Origin: Histomonas meleagridis 2922-C6/04-290x
Taxonomy: Eukaryota > Protista > Parabasalia
NCBI GenBank assembly: GCA_020184695.1
Contig: JAANOX010000269.1
Span: 250,022-314,021, forward strand
Length of the DNA stretch: 64,000 nt
Direction: 5' to 3'
The notes under the pieces are model-generated. The model worked only from the letters and a program-made list of their open reading frames with translations, did no database searches and was not told where the DNA came from. Positions 21,388 to 32,281 of the stretch are shown here, piece by piece. Position 1 is the stretch's first letter. Every line of letters starts with the position of its first letter. The position numbers and the translations under genes are program-made.

Positions 21388-22002
21388 ATGTCTGAACTCC
21401 AGTCAATTGATTCAAAGATCGTTTTACTTGGTGCCACAAGCGTCGGTAAAACTTCCATCATCTGCAGAGCAGTTTCTGATGAATTTGATGCCGAAATGCC
21501 AGCAACAATTGGAGCTTGCTACACTGCAAAACAAATTGAACTCGACAAAGTAAGTGTTAACCTACAGATTTGGGATACAGCTGGTCAAGAACGTTTCAGG
21601 ACCCTCGCTCCAATGTATTATCGTGGTTCTATTGTTGCTTTATTGGTATTCTCACTCATTGAAGAATCATCACTCAACGATGTCAAAAGTTGGGCACAAG
21701 AAATGAAAGCACAAACAGATGAAATGCCAACCATTTTTGTTATCGGAAATAAAATGGATCTTGTTGATGAGAGAACAATCACAACAGAACAAGGAGAGGC
21801 TGTTGCCAAAGAACTTGGCGCTTTTTACTATGAAGTTAGTGCAAAATCCGGACGTGGAATTGAGGAACTTTTTGTTCGTATTGCAGAAGAATCCGCTAAA
21901 AAACTTGCAGGAGACAATTCTACCGGAGGGTCAGGTCATAAAAAAGATGGGGTCAATATTAAAGAAGGTGAAAAGGAAGGCAAAAAGAAATGCGGATGCT
22001 AA
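21388..22002 (+). CDS. Rab family small GTPase
   Basis: GATSVGKT, WDTAGQERFRTLAPMYYRG, GNKMD, EVSAK and C-terminal CGC. Confidence 0.92.
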   Translation: MSELQSIDSKIVLLGATSVGKTSIICRAVSDEFDAEMPATIGACYTAKQIELDKVSVNLQIWDTAGQERFRTLAPMYYRGSIVALLVFSLIEESSLNDVKSWAQEMKAQTDEMPTIFVIGNKMDLVDERTITTEQGEAVAKELGAFYYEVSAKSGRGIEELFVRIAEESAKKLAGDNSTGGSGHKKDGVNIKEGEKEGKKKCGC

Positions 22003-22281
22003 AGTTAATAAAGTTCACCTCAGACGCTAACTTTGGGCAAATTTCGTTATTTGAAAATTCAATGCTCCTCACAAAAGTTACTTCTTTTTGAATGCTTTTC
22101 TGTATAAGACGATCAATAATCAGAAAATTTCAAATTCCAAAAACCTTTTTGAAAGTCATTTTTTTGACTTGCAAATGATCGTTTTTGCACCTTTTTGAGA
22201 TAATTTGAGAAGAACAAAATAAAAACGAAACAAATTTATGTAAAACACAGAATTTTCTATCGTTATAATCACATCAAGTTA

Positions 22282-25200
22282 CTAATAAATGAGATCTTGT
22301 AATATCTGAGTCATCGAGTCAATTCCCTGCTTTGTTACTCTTGGAACAGAAAGTGAACTCCTTTGCCATCTTCCCCCAGTAACTTGTGCTTGGAATGCTA
22401 CTGTCTGTACGCCCAAAGATGCCCTCTTTGAAACAGATAATCTTTCGATTTCTCGCTTGACAAAACGAATTCTTTTCTCATATTCAACTTTTCCTCTTGT
22501 TTCTTGCGCGTATAAGTTGGATATTAAATCTTTGATTGGATACATTCCAATAAGAAGAACAAGAAGCATTGTTGCAGCCCTTTTAAGTTTGATGTAAATG
22601 AAAGATTCATTTTTCAACTCAACTTTTATCTGATATGTTTTGCGTTTATTACAGCTCTGTGCAACCAAGTACATTTTCTGCTTACGAAAACGGAAATTTT
22701 TTGGATCGATTGTCATATTGATTTTACATGTTTTATGTGGATGAAGGCGATGACGACAATCGTGATGATAGTGTACTTTATAGCCAACAAAACCATTGAT
22801 TGCGATAGGGATTGTTACATTTGCGATATTCTTAATGTATAGAAAATGATGAATTGGGCGAGCTTCCATATTATGAAACTCAACAGAGTTAGAAACATCG
22901 CCCCATTTGTTAACGAATGAGAATTGAGGAGTAATTGAATAGCTGAAAATGTCGAGTTGAAAAGATGGAGTTGAATTTGTTGCAATCCTAAGAGTGAACT
23001 TCTGTTGTCCTTCTGATAATGGTCTGTAGTTAAATGTTATGTTAAAATATTGTTGTGGTTGAATAATTGCTGATACTGGAGATTTAAGCATAACTGTTTT
23101 CCTTTTCTTGAAGTCCACATGAACATAGAATATCACAGGTGTATCCAAAAAGTTTTGTACTGTTACATTTCCTTGGTTAATTGACGATTTTGCGATTTGT
23201 CCAAAATTGTACGATAGGTCCTGAAAAGTGCCGTATGTCAAGAGAACGTTTACAGACGATCCTATTTTGAAAACTTTTGTATCCAAAACGAACTCGAACG
23301 GCAAAAGTGACGGCTTAAACGGGTCCCTTTCGACCGATATATTCAATTTCTTATATGAAATAAAACTTTTCACGAACTTTAAATCGACCACATAATCGAC
23401 AGATATTATATGTGTGAAGATATTTGGGAAGAGCACTAGTTTTTTTAGCTTTTTTTCAGAGCCATCAGGGAGTAACACTTTATAAATTGTAATGTTCGAA
23501 TCAAATGTTGAAATAGCGAACAAATCGATTTTCACTTTTGTTCCCAAACAAATTGAAGACGGAAGTGTTGACGTAATGAATATGTTACCAACGGCTAATG
23601 TCCAAGTCACTTCTATTTCATATAATCTTTTTGCGACTTCGAACTTTATTATTTGGTTTTGCTCATTATAGTTCGTAGTGTTCTCAAATCGGATATCAAT
23701 TTGAACCTTTTGGGATACTAATGGACTGACTCTAATTGTTCGTGATGACATAATTTTGATTTTCGAGTCTTTCGGGTTTTTAAATTTGATGTCATAACAT
23801 ATCGGATGCGGATTCTCGATGAAGAACGAAAGTTGTTTGACTGAATTCGGATAAACTTTCGAAAAATTATAAAACAATTTCTTCGTGTCTAATTTAAAAT
23901 CACTTGAATTTGATATAGAAACATTTCCATTATAACCAAAAACAGGAATTTTAAGTCGAGTTATATTTGTATCGATATAAAGATATGTCTGAATATTATC
24001 ATTTAATTCATCTTCATCATGGAATAACACATATATTTGCTGAGATAAAGATTTGGATGGTATCACAAATGGTTTAAAATCGAGAATCGAAAATTTTTCA
24101 GATTCAATTGAAACTGCAAAAACAGCGACGGTTTCTTTAAAAAAGTTGAAAAAACTAAAATTTGAAATTTGCGATCCAATAATTTGTATTTCCTTAACAA
24201 TAGGAACAAATTTACCATATGTGACATAACCTCTGATTGGTACATCGACCACTTGTATTGAATCTGCAGATTCATATGAAATTGTAACACTTGTTTCAAC
24301 TTCGCCTTTTCTTTCACCAGTTAAAATCACTTTGCAAACATTTGTCGTCGACCGTATTTCACAATCAAGAGGCGGCGTAATATGTTCTATTTTACAATTC
24401 GATGGTGCGTCTGGTGCCAAATGAACGGAAAGGACATGAATTCTAAAAAATGTTGGATTGACAATTTTGACTTCCATTTCGATTTTTTCAGTTGGAGATG
24501 TGATGACATTAAACAAAAGAATTGGTAAATAGCTTTGAAGAAGTTTGGTTGAGACAAAAAGATATAAAGGATAAGATCGACCAACACTATTTGATATCAA
24601 ATGAACAAATAATACATAAAACCCAGATTTCAGAGAAGGAAGCTTAAATTCAATGTTCGAATTTGTGGTTCGATCATTATCAATTGTTAAAATTGACCCA
24701 TCAAAGAAGACAGAAGACTGCTTTAATGAGAACGATAGCGGCGGTTTGATTGAAATGTTGTTGCCGATAATTGATGAGGAGTGAAATATTGGATCAAAAA
24801 CACTGTCTTTGGGTGTTAGTGTTGATTTCAATGTGATGGAATATGGTATAATACCTTTAGATGTGAATATAAGTAGAATAGTACTAGATATACCGGGTTT
24901 AAGTGGACATATGTATATTGAAAAATGTTTATGGCTTTGAGGTGGAATCGTGATAGAATCAATTTCGGTAACAAATATGTCAGGAGAAAAAGAAGTAATT
25001 TCTGTTATTATAAGTGGAGTTGTTAGCATTTTATTATGAATTGTGAAACTGAATTTTCGCATGATATTAATATTTAAAAAAGCAACATGAATAAATGGAG
25101 GATGTAGCTCCATAAAATTTGAAAAATTAAATAAAATTGTTGTGGGTGGTAAATAATGAAAATTTGAACAAATAAAATTGTACCAATATGGACTCGTAAA

Positions 25201-25392
25201 ATGAAGTGGGTGGTCAGTATGAAGAAGAAATTGTGAACTGTTTAGTTGCATTGAATCAAATGGACCAATTTCTTCAAGAAGAAAATTATGATCTGAACGC
25301 CCAATATGATCAACAAAATAAGATTGTAAGGGAAGAACTACGCTACTTTCTAATGTTAAGGAATATGTATAATAAAAAAATAAGAAAATCAT
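22282..25392 (-). CDS. Large membrane protein with Ig-like/ASH domains, TMEM131-like
   Basis: Signal peptide; IPPQSHKHFSIYICP.KPG..STILLIFTSKG..PY resembles the TMEM131 N-terminal domain. Repeated beta-rich segments and a TM helix near the C-terminus. Confidence 0.5.
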   Translation of the reverse strand: MIFLFFYYTYSLTLESSVVLPLQSYFVDHIGRSDHNFLLEEIGPFDSMQLNSSQFLLHTDHPLHFTSPYWYNFICSNFHYLPPTTILFNFSNFMELHPPFIHVAFLNINIMRKFSFTIHNKMLTTPLIITEITSFSPDIFVTEIDSITIPPQSHKHFSIYICPLKPGISSTILLIFTSKGIIPYSITLKSTLTPKDSVFDPIFHSSSIIGNNISIKPPLSFSLKQSSVFFDGSILTIDNDRTTNSNIEFKLPSLKSGFYVLFVHLISNSVGRSYPLYLFVSTKLLQSYLPILLFNVITSPTEKIEMEVKIVNPTFFRIHVLSVHLAPDAPSNCKIEHITPPLDCEIRSTTNVCKVILTGERKGEVETSVTISYESADSIQVVDVPIRGYVTYGKFVPIVKEIQIIGSQISNFSFFNFFKETVAVFAVSIESEKFSILDFKPFVIPSKSLSQQIYVLFHDEDELNDNIQTYLYIDTNITRLKIPVFGYNGNVSISNSSDFKLDTKKLFYNFSKVYPNSVKQLSFFIENPHPICYDIKFKNPKDSKIKIMSSRTIRVSPLVSQKVQIDIRFENTTNYNEQNQIIKFEVAKRLYEIEVTWTLAVGNIFITSTLPSSICLGTKVKIDLFAISTFDSNITIYKVLLPDGSEKKLKKLVLFPNIFTHIISVDYVVDLKFVKSFISYKKLNISVERDPFKPSLLPFEFVLDTKVFKIGSSVNVLLTYGTFQDLSYNFGQIAKSSINQGNVTVQNFLDTPVIFYVHVDFKKRKTVMLKSPVSAIIQPQQYFNITFNYRPLSEGQQKFTLRIATNSTPSFQLDIFSYSITPQFSFVNKWGDVSNSVEFHNMEARPIHHFLYIKNIANVTIPIAINGFVGYKVHYHHDCRHRLHPHKTCKINMTIDPKNFRFRKQKMYLVAQSCNKRKTYQIKVELKNESFIYIKLKRAATMLLVLLIGMYPIKDLISNLYAQETRGKVEYEKRIRFVKREIERLSVSKRASLGVQTVAFQAQVTGGRWQRSSLSVPRVTKQGIDSMTQILQDLIY

Positions 25393-25618
25393 CTAGATGT
25401 CTGTTTGTTCCAGATCAAACGATCTTGGATGATTTTTTTAACGTTTTTTAATCGTTACTTCATTCAAAATATTGTATGAGATCATTTAAATGGCATTCAT
25501 TTTTTGAAACTTGGCTTTAGTGATAAATATTAAACCATTCTTAAGAAATGGTGAGTTATGTTGCTCTAGAAAAAATTCAAAAAAATTGGTATGCTTAGTT
25601 GGATTTTTTTATCTAAAT

Positions 25619-26251
25619 TTAGAAAGTTTTCATGATTTGTGCAAGTGGCTCCATTTGTTCTTTGGGAATCAGTTTGAACTCAAGACAAAACAACGCAAAA
25701 TTTTTAAATGATGTGTCAAATTTAGATTCTATTCCTAATTCGACGACCTTATCTCGATGGTGATGGTAAACATGAGCATAAATCCGGAACAATCTCTTAA
25801 ACATATTTGATGCTACACTTACAAAGTCTTGAGGAAATGGGATAGATGGATCTGAAGGGAAGTATTTTTCGTTATTCAATAAAGATTGAATCCACTCCAA
25901 TACGTTGCTAATATATTCATGAGCAGGAAGCATAGTTGGCTTCTTATATTTTACTCCGTCTTGCCAATAGTACTTGAAACCAGGTCCTGCTGTAGTTTCT
26001 GGACATGTTTGAGTTGTACAATAATCGCCAATAGGATGATAGAGATTTTGAATTTGATTGTAAAACTCTATGAGATTCATTGCAATCCAATCATTTACAT
26101 TCTCTCCTGGAGGAAGCTTGACTGCTTGTTCAATGTTTCCTTTTTCTAAATTTGCCTTGTTAATTTCTCTTAACCTATAATGACGATTTTCCTTTGATAC
26201 GTGTTTCACTTGATGAAAAGTATTGATGTTTTTCTTTCCCCATCCAAACAT
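25619..26251 (-). CDS. MOB1: MOB1/phocein kinase activator
   Basis: VKLPPGENVNDWIA, CPETTAG..YYWQD and FKRLFRIYAHVYHHH. Confidence 0.9.
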   Translation of the reverse strand: MFGWGKKNINTFHQVKHVSKENRHYRLREINKANLEKGNIEQAVKLPPGENVNDWIAMNLIEFYNQIQNLYHPIGDYCTTQTCPETTAGPGFKYYWQDGVKYKKPTMLPAHEYISNVLEWIQSLLNNEKYFPSDPSIPFPQDFVSVASNMFKRLFRIYAHVYHHHRDKVVELGIESKFDTSFKNFALFCLEFKLIPKEQMEPLAQIMKTF

Positions 26252-26667
26252 TTTTTGAAAATGAAGTTGTTTTGAATGATTTTCTGTGCGACACCGTAAT
26301 TTGAATGATTATTTGGAAATTTTGAGATTGAAAATTCAATTCGGCAATTGTAGATATTGAATAAAATTATTAGAAGTTACAGAAATTTATTTTATAAAAA
26401 AGAAAATTATCTAGAGTTATGTTGTTATGAACTATTTTGGTTGACATTTTTTTCAAGTACTTCCATGAGTATATGTCTTCAAAAGTAAAATATTACAATG
26501 TATTTTGTGAATTTGATGTTAACTTTTGTTTTGATATTTTCCTTTTTATTGTCTTCTTTATACACTTGAAATTCAAGTTGATTTTGTTCATCTGTAAAAC
26601 TATTTTCAGTATTTATCGAAAGCCAAGAAGTAGTATTCATAGAAGAAGATTTTGAATTAGAATTTTC

Positions 26668-26980
26668 TTATGCTCCTTTTTCACAAAGTAAATTTTCTAT
26701 TATGGTATAACCATTTTGTTGTGCGATTTGAATTTCTGTATAAAATTATTAAAACATATTTCAAATTCTTAAAACATATTTCAAATTATTAAAGCAGATC
26801 CAAAATTATTCAAATGAATATATTTTGCATTAACATCAATTCCTTTATCTAATAGTAATTTTACTATTTCTATATTATTATTTCTAACTGCTATATGAAG
26901 TGCTGTTTCAAATCATTAAAACATATTTCAAATTATTCAAATGAATATTTTTTACATTAACATCAATTCCTTCTTTAGTT
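26668..26980 (-). pseudogene. Unannotated ankyrin-repeat gene fragment with two spacer blocks
   Basis: EGIDVNVKN [40 nt] TALHIAVRNNNIEIVKLLLDKGIDVNAKY [80 nt] TEIQIAQQNGYTIIENLLCEKGA*. No 5' part is visible. Confidence 0.75.
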
Positions 26981-27655
26981 TATACAAATGCCATCAATAC
27001 TGATTATTTTCAGAAAATTTAAATTTAAATGACACTAATAACCTAAAAAATGGTATTTTGAATAACTTATCTAGCATTAAAGAAAATCTAATTGGATTCT
27101 ATGGAATATTTCAAGGAATAAATTTATGAATATTCACATTTTCATTTAAAAATAAGTAAAAGAATGAGTTTTTTATTAAAATATTGTTAAATAATAATCC
27201 AATATATAAAAAGGTTTATTATTTAATATAATTCGAAGAAATGATTCCAAAGCTATAAATATCAATGAAGCTTTTCCTTGTCAATATGTCTCAGAAGAGT
27301 TGAATATTCAATATCATCATCATTTACCAATATATTGGAATAACAAAAACAATGATCTTTGGAAGATAAGTAATAATAAATTCTTTTACTCGAAAAGAAA
27401 ATTATTTTATTTATTTACAATTGTAATAATATGATAAAATTTCCAAAGAATAATTACTAACAATTTTTTATATTAAAATTTGTTTACTAAATTAAAATCA
27501 CAAGAAAAAAAGTTAATTTAATAAATTTTTTTTGTTTATTTATACAAGTACTTCTCATTCTTTCAATCAATTTATTTATATTATTAAAAATTTAAAAACA
27601 TTTTCATATTTAATTTCTAACGAAACAATTTTTAACATAAGAACAAAATTATGAA

Positions 27656-28567
27656 CTAAATCAAATCATTTTGTGACTTTGGGAAAACGCATTCCTGTAT
27701 TGCGTACGCAAAAAAAGACGTCATGCCTAAGATGTTCATTGATATTTTTTCCCATTCTTTTTCAGCATTCGGATTTGATATCAACGGAACCAAATTAATT
27801 TCATCGTAACTTTGCACAGGTGAATCCCTTTCAAGTAGTTCTGACGCTTTAGAACATAAACTTATACAAAGTTTTAAGAAATATCCAATTGATGTCTGAA
27901 TCTCCATTTGTTCAGATGAAATATTATTTTTGGAATTGAAGAACAAATTGTGCTTCTCGCCTTTGTATGTCATGTACGAGTAAAACGGAGTTGGAAATAA
28001 TTGATAATCTGTTTCACATTTAAGAATACTTTGAAGACCAAATGTAATATGAACTATTTCATATATGGAGAGATTAAATTCAGTGGGATTAAGAAATGGG
28101 TGAGTAAGTTTATTTTTTCGTATTGTAAGATTTTCGGGCTCAATATCAATAATATTAAATAAGTCCGAACTTGACCTAACTATTGATGGGGTTTGGTAAA
28201 CTTGACTTATTTCAGGAAGCTTTTGTGTTGGCAGTACTTTTTCTTTAGTTTGCTGTAATGGAATAAATTTAAATTTTGGCATTTGATAGGAAACATTTTT
28301 CTTTTGAGCAATCGAATTCTTAAATACTCTTGTGAGTTTTGACTCATATTCTAATGATGCTGATAGTAGTTTATCTGCTGTTTCATAATCACCAAAAAGA
28401 TCAATTTCTCTTTGAGTAGTTGATAGAGATATATCTTCAGCAGAAATTAGACAAGAGGGTGGAAGATTCTCCCTCTTATCAAACATGGCCTTTGCGGTCA
28501 TGACTTCGATTTGTGTAACGCAATCTGTGTTATCTGGAATCTCCAATTTGTATTTGAGGTGCTCCAA
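27656..28567 (-). CDS. Hypothetical protein, possibly a divergent Beclin/Atg6 BARA domain
   Basis: EFNLSIYEIV..YQLFPTPFYSYM..YFLKLC..NAEKEWEK..IL resembles Beclin EINAAWGQ..YRLVPYG.HSYL..AFLDC..NSEEQWTK..ML. The start codon is uncertain (TTG). Confidence 0.4.
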   Translation of the reverse strand: MEHLKYKLEIPDNTDCVTQIEVMTAKAMFDKRENLPPSCLISAEDISLSTTQREIDLFGDYETADKLLSASLEYESKLTRVFKNSIAQKKNVSYQMPKFKFIPLQQTKEKVLPTQKLPEISQVYQTPSIVRSSSDLFNIIDIEPENLTIRKNKLTHPFLNPTEFNLSIYEIVHITFGLQSILKCETDYQLFPTPFYSYMTYKGEKHNLFFNSKNNISSEQMEIQTSIGYFLKLCISLCSKASELLERDSPVQSYDEINLVPLISNPNAEKEWEKISMNILGMTSFFAYAIQECVFPKSQNDLI

Positions 28568-28690
28568 ATTTTTTATAGAGAAATAAACGGCTTCAAAATA
28601 AAGGCAATATTCAAATGATTTTTTTTGTTAATTAACCACAGGATTAGTTGGTATAAATCAGTGCGTATGAAAATAGTATATTAAAACATT

Positions 28691-29308
28691 TTATTGATCT
28701 GATGATTGAACAAAAGAATGTTCATTTAATCGTATCTGTTGATTCATTTCAGAGTACATGGCTTCATACTCTACTCGATGCCTTTCTATCATTGCCTTAA
28801 ATGCTTCCCTGAAATGTTTATCGCTATCAAGAAAAGAATTTTGAATAAAGCTACTTTCATTTTGAGTCGTACGATCACGGAGATCTTTGGCTGCATCAAA
28901 ACATTCGCAAGAAGCCAGAACTTTCGATGTGAAAATAAGTTCGTCAATTTTCTTTTTTGTTAATTTTTCAGTTTTTTGATGGTAAGAAATCCATTGATTT
29001 TTAAGAGATGTTGCCTCTCGGCGATGTTCTTGAGCTAATTTTAAAAATTTGACTTGGAATTTGTATCTGATTTGTGAAATTGTTGAATCGGATTGATCTT
29101 CAGTTTTTTCAGAAGATTTTGTAAGTTCTTTTTCATCATCATTATCAAAAATTTCTGTACTGCTTTGAGAAAATTTGAAGTTTATATCTTCATCATTTTC
29201 CAAATCGATTTCTTTAATAGCTTTTTCTAAGTCAAGCTCTTCCTCTTCACTGTTATCTGAGAAATCTATGAAGATTTGATTCCCATTTTGCTTGATTAAA
29301 CGACTCAT
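28691..29308 (-). CDS. Hypothetical coiled-coil protein
   Basis: Open frame of about 205 aa with an acidic N-terminus and heptad-rich C-terminus. Confidence 0.6.
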   Translation of the reverse strand: MSRLIKQNGNQIFIDFSDNSEEEELDLEKAIKEIDLENDEDINFKFSQSSTEIFDNDDEKELTKSSEKTEDQSDSTISQIRYKFQVKFLKLAQEHRREATSLKNQWISYHQKTEKLTKKKIDELIFTSKVLASCECFDAAKDLRDRTTQNESSFIQNSFLDSDKHFREAFKAMIERHRVEYEAMYSEMNQQIRLNEHSFVQSSDQ

Positions 29309-29515
29309 CGACAATAAAAATTAAATACTTTATTAAAAAATTAAATGATTTACATAAGAAAGTTTACATATATTTTGTGCAAAATCCGAAAGCATTCCAT
29401 TATAAATGCTTTAAGATTTGATTAAATTCTATATGTAAAAAGAAGATAAAAAGATTTGCAAATGGTAATTCTGTAATTTAATTTTCATCATATGATGAAA
29501 TCTTTGTTTACTCTA

Positions 29516-30364
29516 CTAATTCCGTTCTAATTTTTCTTTTTCGTGGGACGGCATTGGATGTATAAGTAAGTCGATTAGTGACTGTAATCCTTTAATTGCA
29601 TTATCATCATAAAATGGATCTGTAGAGTCACCACCCTCAACATCAACATCCAAATATGCATGTGCAAAGTCAATTATTGTTACTCTCATTGGTGCATCGG
29701 AATCTCCGTCATATACAGCGAGAATTGATGCACTATACAAACGCATCTTAGGGAAGATCTCAATCGTCTCCAATAAGGCACTTCGTATTTTACAAATTTG
29801 TTCAATGAATTCGTGCTTACGTTTTCCTGGGAAAAATGTGCGAAGAAGTTTTTCGACTTCTTTGATGTTAAGGTTATGACCTTGAACTCTATCACATTTG
29901 TATGTAACAGTGTTATCCTTTCGCATACGAGCATCAATTATTCTGATAGCATGGGTAGATGTGGTTGTATTTTTCATATGATCAAGTTGGGCTTTAACCT
30001 TCTCAGGTGAAGCACCTATTTCGAAAGATCGTGTTCCTAACTTGATATCTAAGATACATGGAGAAGACATGCCTTGGGTTTGATCTTGAAGAAGAAGCCA
30101 TCTTTTACCTTCGGAAATATGTGAACCCATATAACGGCATGTATGAAGGGAGAGAGGTGAAGGAAGAATTGCTCTATAAAAATTATCTTCACGAGTAATA
30201 TAAGGTTTTGCTATGGCTGATATTGAAGTAGAATTATATATTGACTTCTGTATTTCGCCGTGGCCACCACCTTGTGTCTTAAGATAACCAACAATTCGTA
30301 TATCACCAGATATTTGTTCATAGTTCGGAGTGGACATATCCATCATTTTTGGCCTAACGGTCAT
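29516..30364 (-). CDS. Inositol polyphosphate kinase (IPK/IPMK/IP6K superfamily)
   Basis: PCILDIKLGTRS (PxxxDxKxG), SASIL and IIDFAHA motifs. Confidence 0.88.
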   Translation of the reverse strand: MTVRPKMMDMSTPNYEQISGDIRIVGYLKTQGGGHGEIQKSIYNSTSISAIAKPYITREDNFYRAILPSPLSLHTCRYMGSHISEGKRWLLLQDQTQGMSSPCILDIKLGTRSFEIGASPEKVKAQLDHMKNTTTSTHAIRIIDARMRKDNTVTYKCDRVQGHNLNIKEVEKLLRTFFPGKRKHEFIEQICKIRSALLETIEIFPKMRLYSASILAVYDGDSDAPMRVTIIDFAHAYLDVDVEGGDSTDPFYDDNAIKGLQSLIDLLIHPMPSHEKEKLERN

Positions 30365-30774
30365 AATCAGCTTTCAATGCTTTAGAACCGTTAAACCGTC
30401 AAATTGTACCAGATTTTTGATCAAATTTCCAAAGGTTAAAGAAAAATTGAATTCCAAAATCACTACGGCTCAAATTTTAACAGTTTACTTGTTTTTTTGG
30501 GTTGTTTGAGAGGGGATTCGGTGGGTAAATTTTACTTAGTTTACACCAACCATTTTGATTCAAATAACCGCGCCATGCATTCAAAATCAATGGTGTTTTG
30601 ACTTAAGTTTGCCTTTTTCAGATAAGGTTTAATCACCTACATTGAAAATATTGTTTGAGGTTTTGTTGTAAAAGTTTTTGAAAATCGTTAATTTGAAAAC
30701 AATAAAGCTGTAACATGGTTTTTTTAATGATGTAAAAATATGTTTTCGTTGACTAATTTTTGCGTATCAATATG

Positions 30775-32118
30775 TTAAATCTGATTCTCAATTCTATTTG
30801 TCAATTTCTCTTTCTGTAAACTCAATTCGCCTATTTTATCAAATAGATCATTTAATTGTGTGATTTCTTTTGATTCAGCTTTGTCTGTGTTATTATTTTC
30901 GAAGTGTTTTGAACTGAAGAATAATTTCAAATCACTCTCGATTGGAAAGTTCGCTTCAGTACAGCTTTTTTCATTAATTTCTCCCTTAATTTCTCCTTCT
31001 AATCCATAATATTTATTTGGACTCTTTGAAGAATCTTTAATCAAAACCCTTTTTTCATCGCCAGTTACTACCACTGATATACCTGGTCTCATTGGTATCC
31101 TGAAAAGCCAATTCTGAAACACAAGAAGAAATAGAGTAAATTCTTCTTCAATGGTTCTATCGATAGCCACAGGGAAGAGAACGTTAGTGAGTAAACCGAT
31201 AACCGTCACATCATGGCATGCGGTTGAAAAGCATTGGCATACTTCAAGCAGCATGCAATGCGTCGTCAATGGAAGCAACGCAACAATGGCATGTATGAGC
31301 CTCATTTTATTGACTTGCGTTTGATTGCGGAGATTATTTATGATCGCTGAATGAAGTTGCTCTGAAATATATTCAGTGCCATTATAAGAAAGAAGAAGAA
31401 AAAGAAGTGAAACTAATTCACATGTGGTGAACTGCTGAAGGTTACTGGTTGTTCGTATTGACTCAAAAAATGATTCTACTGTAGTTTGTGTAAGTTCACA
31501 TAATATGTATGATGATTGCTTCTTCATTTTGATTGAAGAAGTAAGAGCAAAAAATGGATGGTTGATGATATTTTTGCTAAAGCTGACAACAGGATATGAT
31601 GGACTTGAGGAATCATAAGCAAATTTTGATGATGTGAATAGAATTGGATTTAATGTTAGATCAAATGACTTTAAAATGATCATAGGAGTGTTGAATGAAT
31701 GGTCTAACGGATAAATAGAGTTTGTTTGAGGATTATAAGCAACATATTTCTTTCGATCATATGGAAGTTTGAGACATTCAATCGCAAGTTCAATCAAGCG
31801 ATATATCTGTAAGTTCATTCCAACTGCGAGAGATGAACTTTTATCTTCAAAAATTACTTGGATCAACTTTGATGAATTTGTAAGAAGATAAAGAGAATCA
31901 TATTGTTTTCTAAAAAATATAGAGCAAGTTTCAGTTTTAGGTATTTCTTCAAATGCTGAACTAAGACCGAAAAGAAAGAATTCTGCATTTGAATTTGGAA
32001 GATCAAAAGTAGCCAAAACATTTGTGATTAAATCAGAAATAGTTTCACTGTAATTCGCTTTGTATTTTACGACTTGGCTTAAATCTGGAATTGAGATAAG
32101 GACTTTTGCACAAGCCAT
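30775..32118 (-). CDS. Hypothetical protein (ubiquitin-like N-terminus, possible degenerate RhoGAP-like helical domain)
   Basis: 447-aa ORF; the domain guesses are weak. Confidence 0.55.
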   Translation of the reverse strand: MACAKVLISIPDLSQVVKYKANYSETISDLITNVLATFDLPNSNAEFFLFGLSSAFEEIPKTETCSIFFRKQYDSLYLLTNSSKLIQVIFEDKSSSLAVGMNLQIYRLIELAIECLKLPYDRKKYVAYNPQTNSIYPLDHSFNTPMIILKSFDLTLNPILFTSSKFAYDSSSPSYPVVSFSKNIINHPFFALTSSIKMKKQSSYILCELTQTTVESFFESIRTTSNLQQFTTCELVSLLFLLLSYNGTEYISEQLHSAIINNLRNQTQVNKMRLIHAIVALLPLTTHCMLLEVCQCFSTACHDVTVIGLLTNVLFPVAIDRTIEEEFTLFLLVFQNWLFRIPMRPGISVVVTGDEKRVLIKDSSKSPNKYYGLEGEIKGEINEKSCTEANFPIESDLKLFFSSKHFENNNTDKAESKEITQLNDLFDKIGELSLQKEKLTNRIENQI

Positions 32119-32281
32119 TTGTTCAAAAAAACGTTTCTGTCAAGCGACGGTTATACGAACGTTGCAAGAAATTTCTTTTTGAAGACACAACTTCCAAATA
32201 AAAAAAATATAACTAACGTTCTATTTTAAAAACATTAACATGTCGATAAATGTCAACATGAAACATATTCGTCTTTAAGTA

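Noticed and set aside
27000-27400. Decayed coding-like sequence next to the ankyrin fragment
   Set aside because: It is fragmented by stops and could not be assigned to a transposase or any other family.
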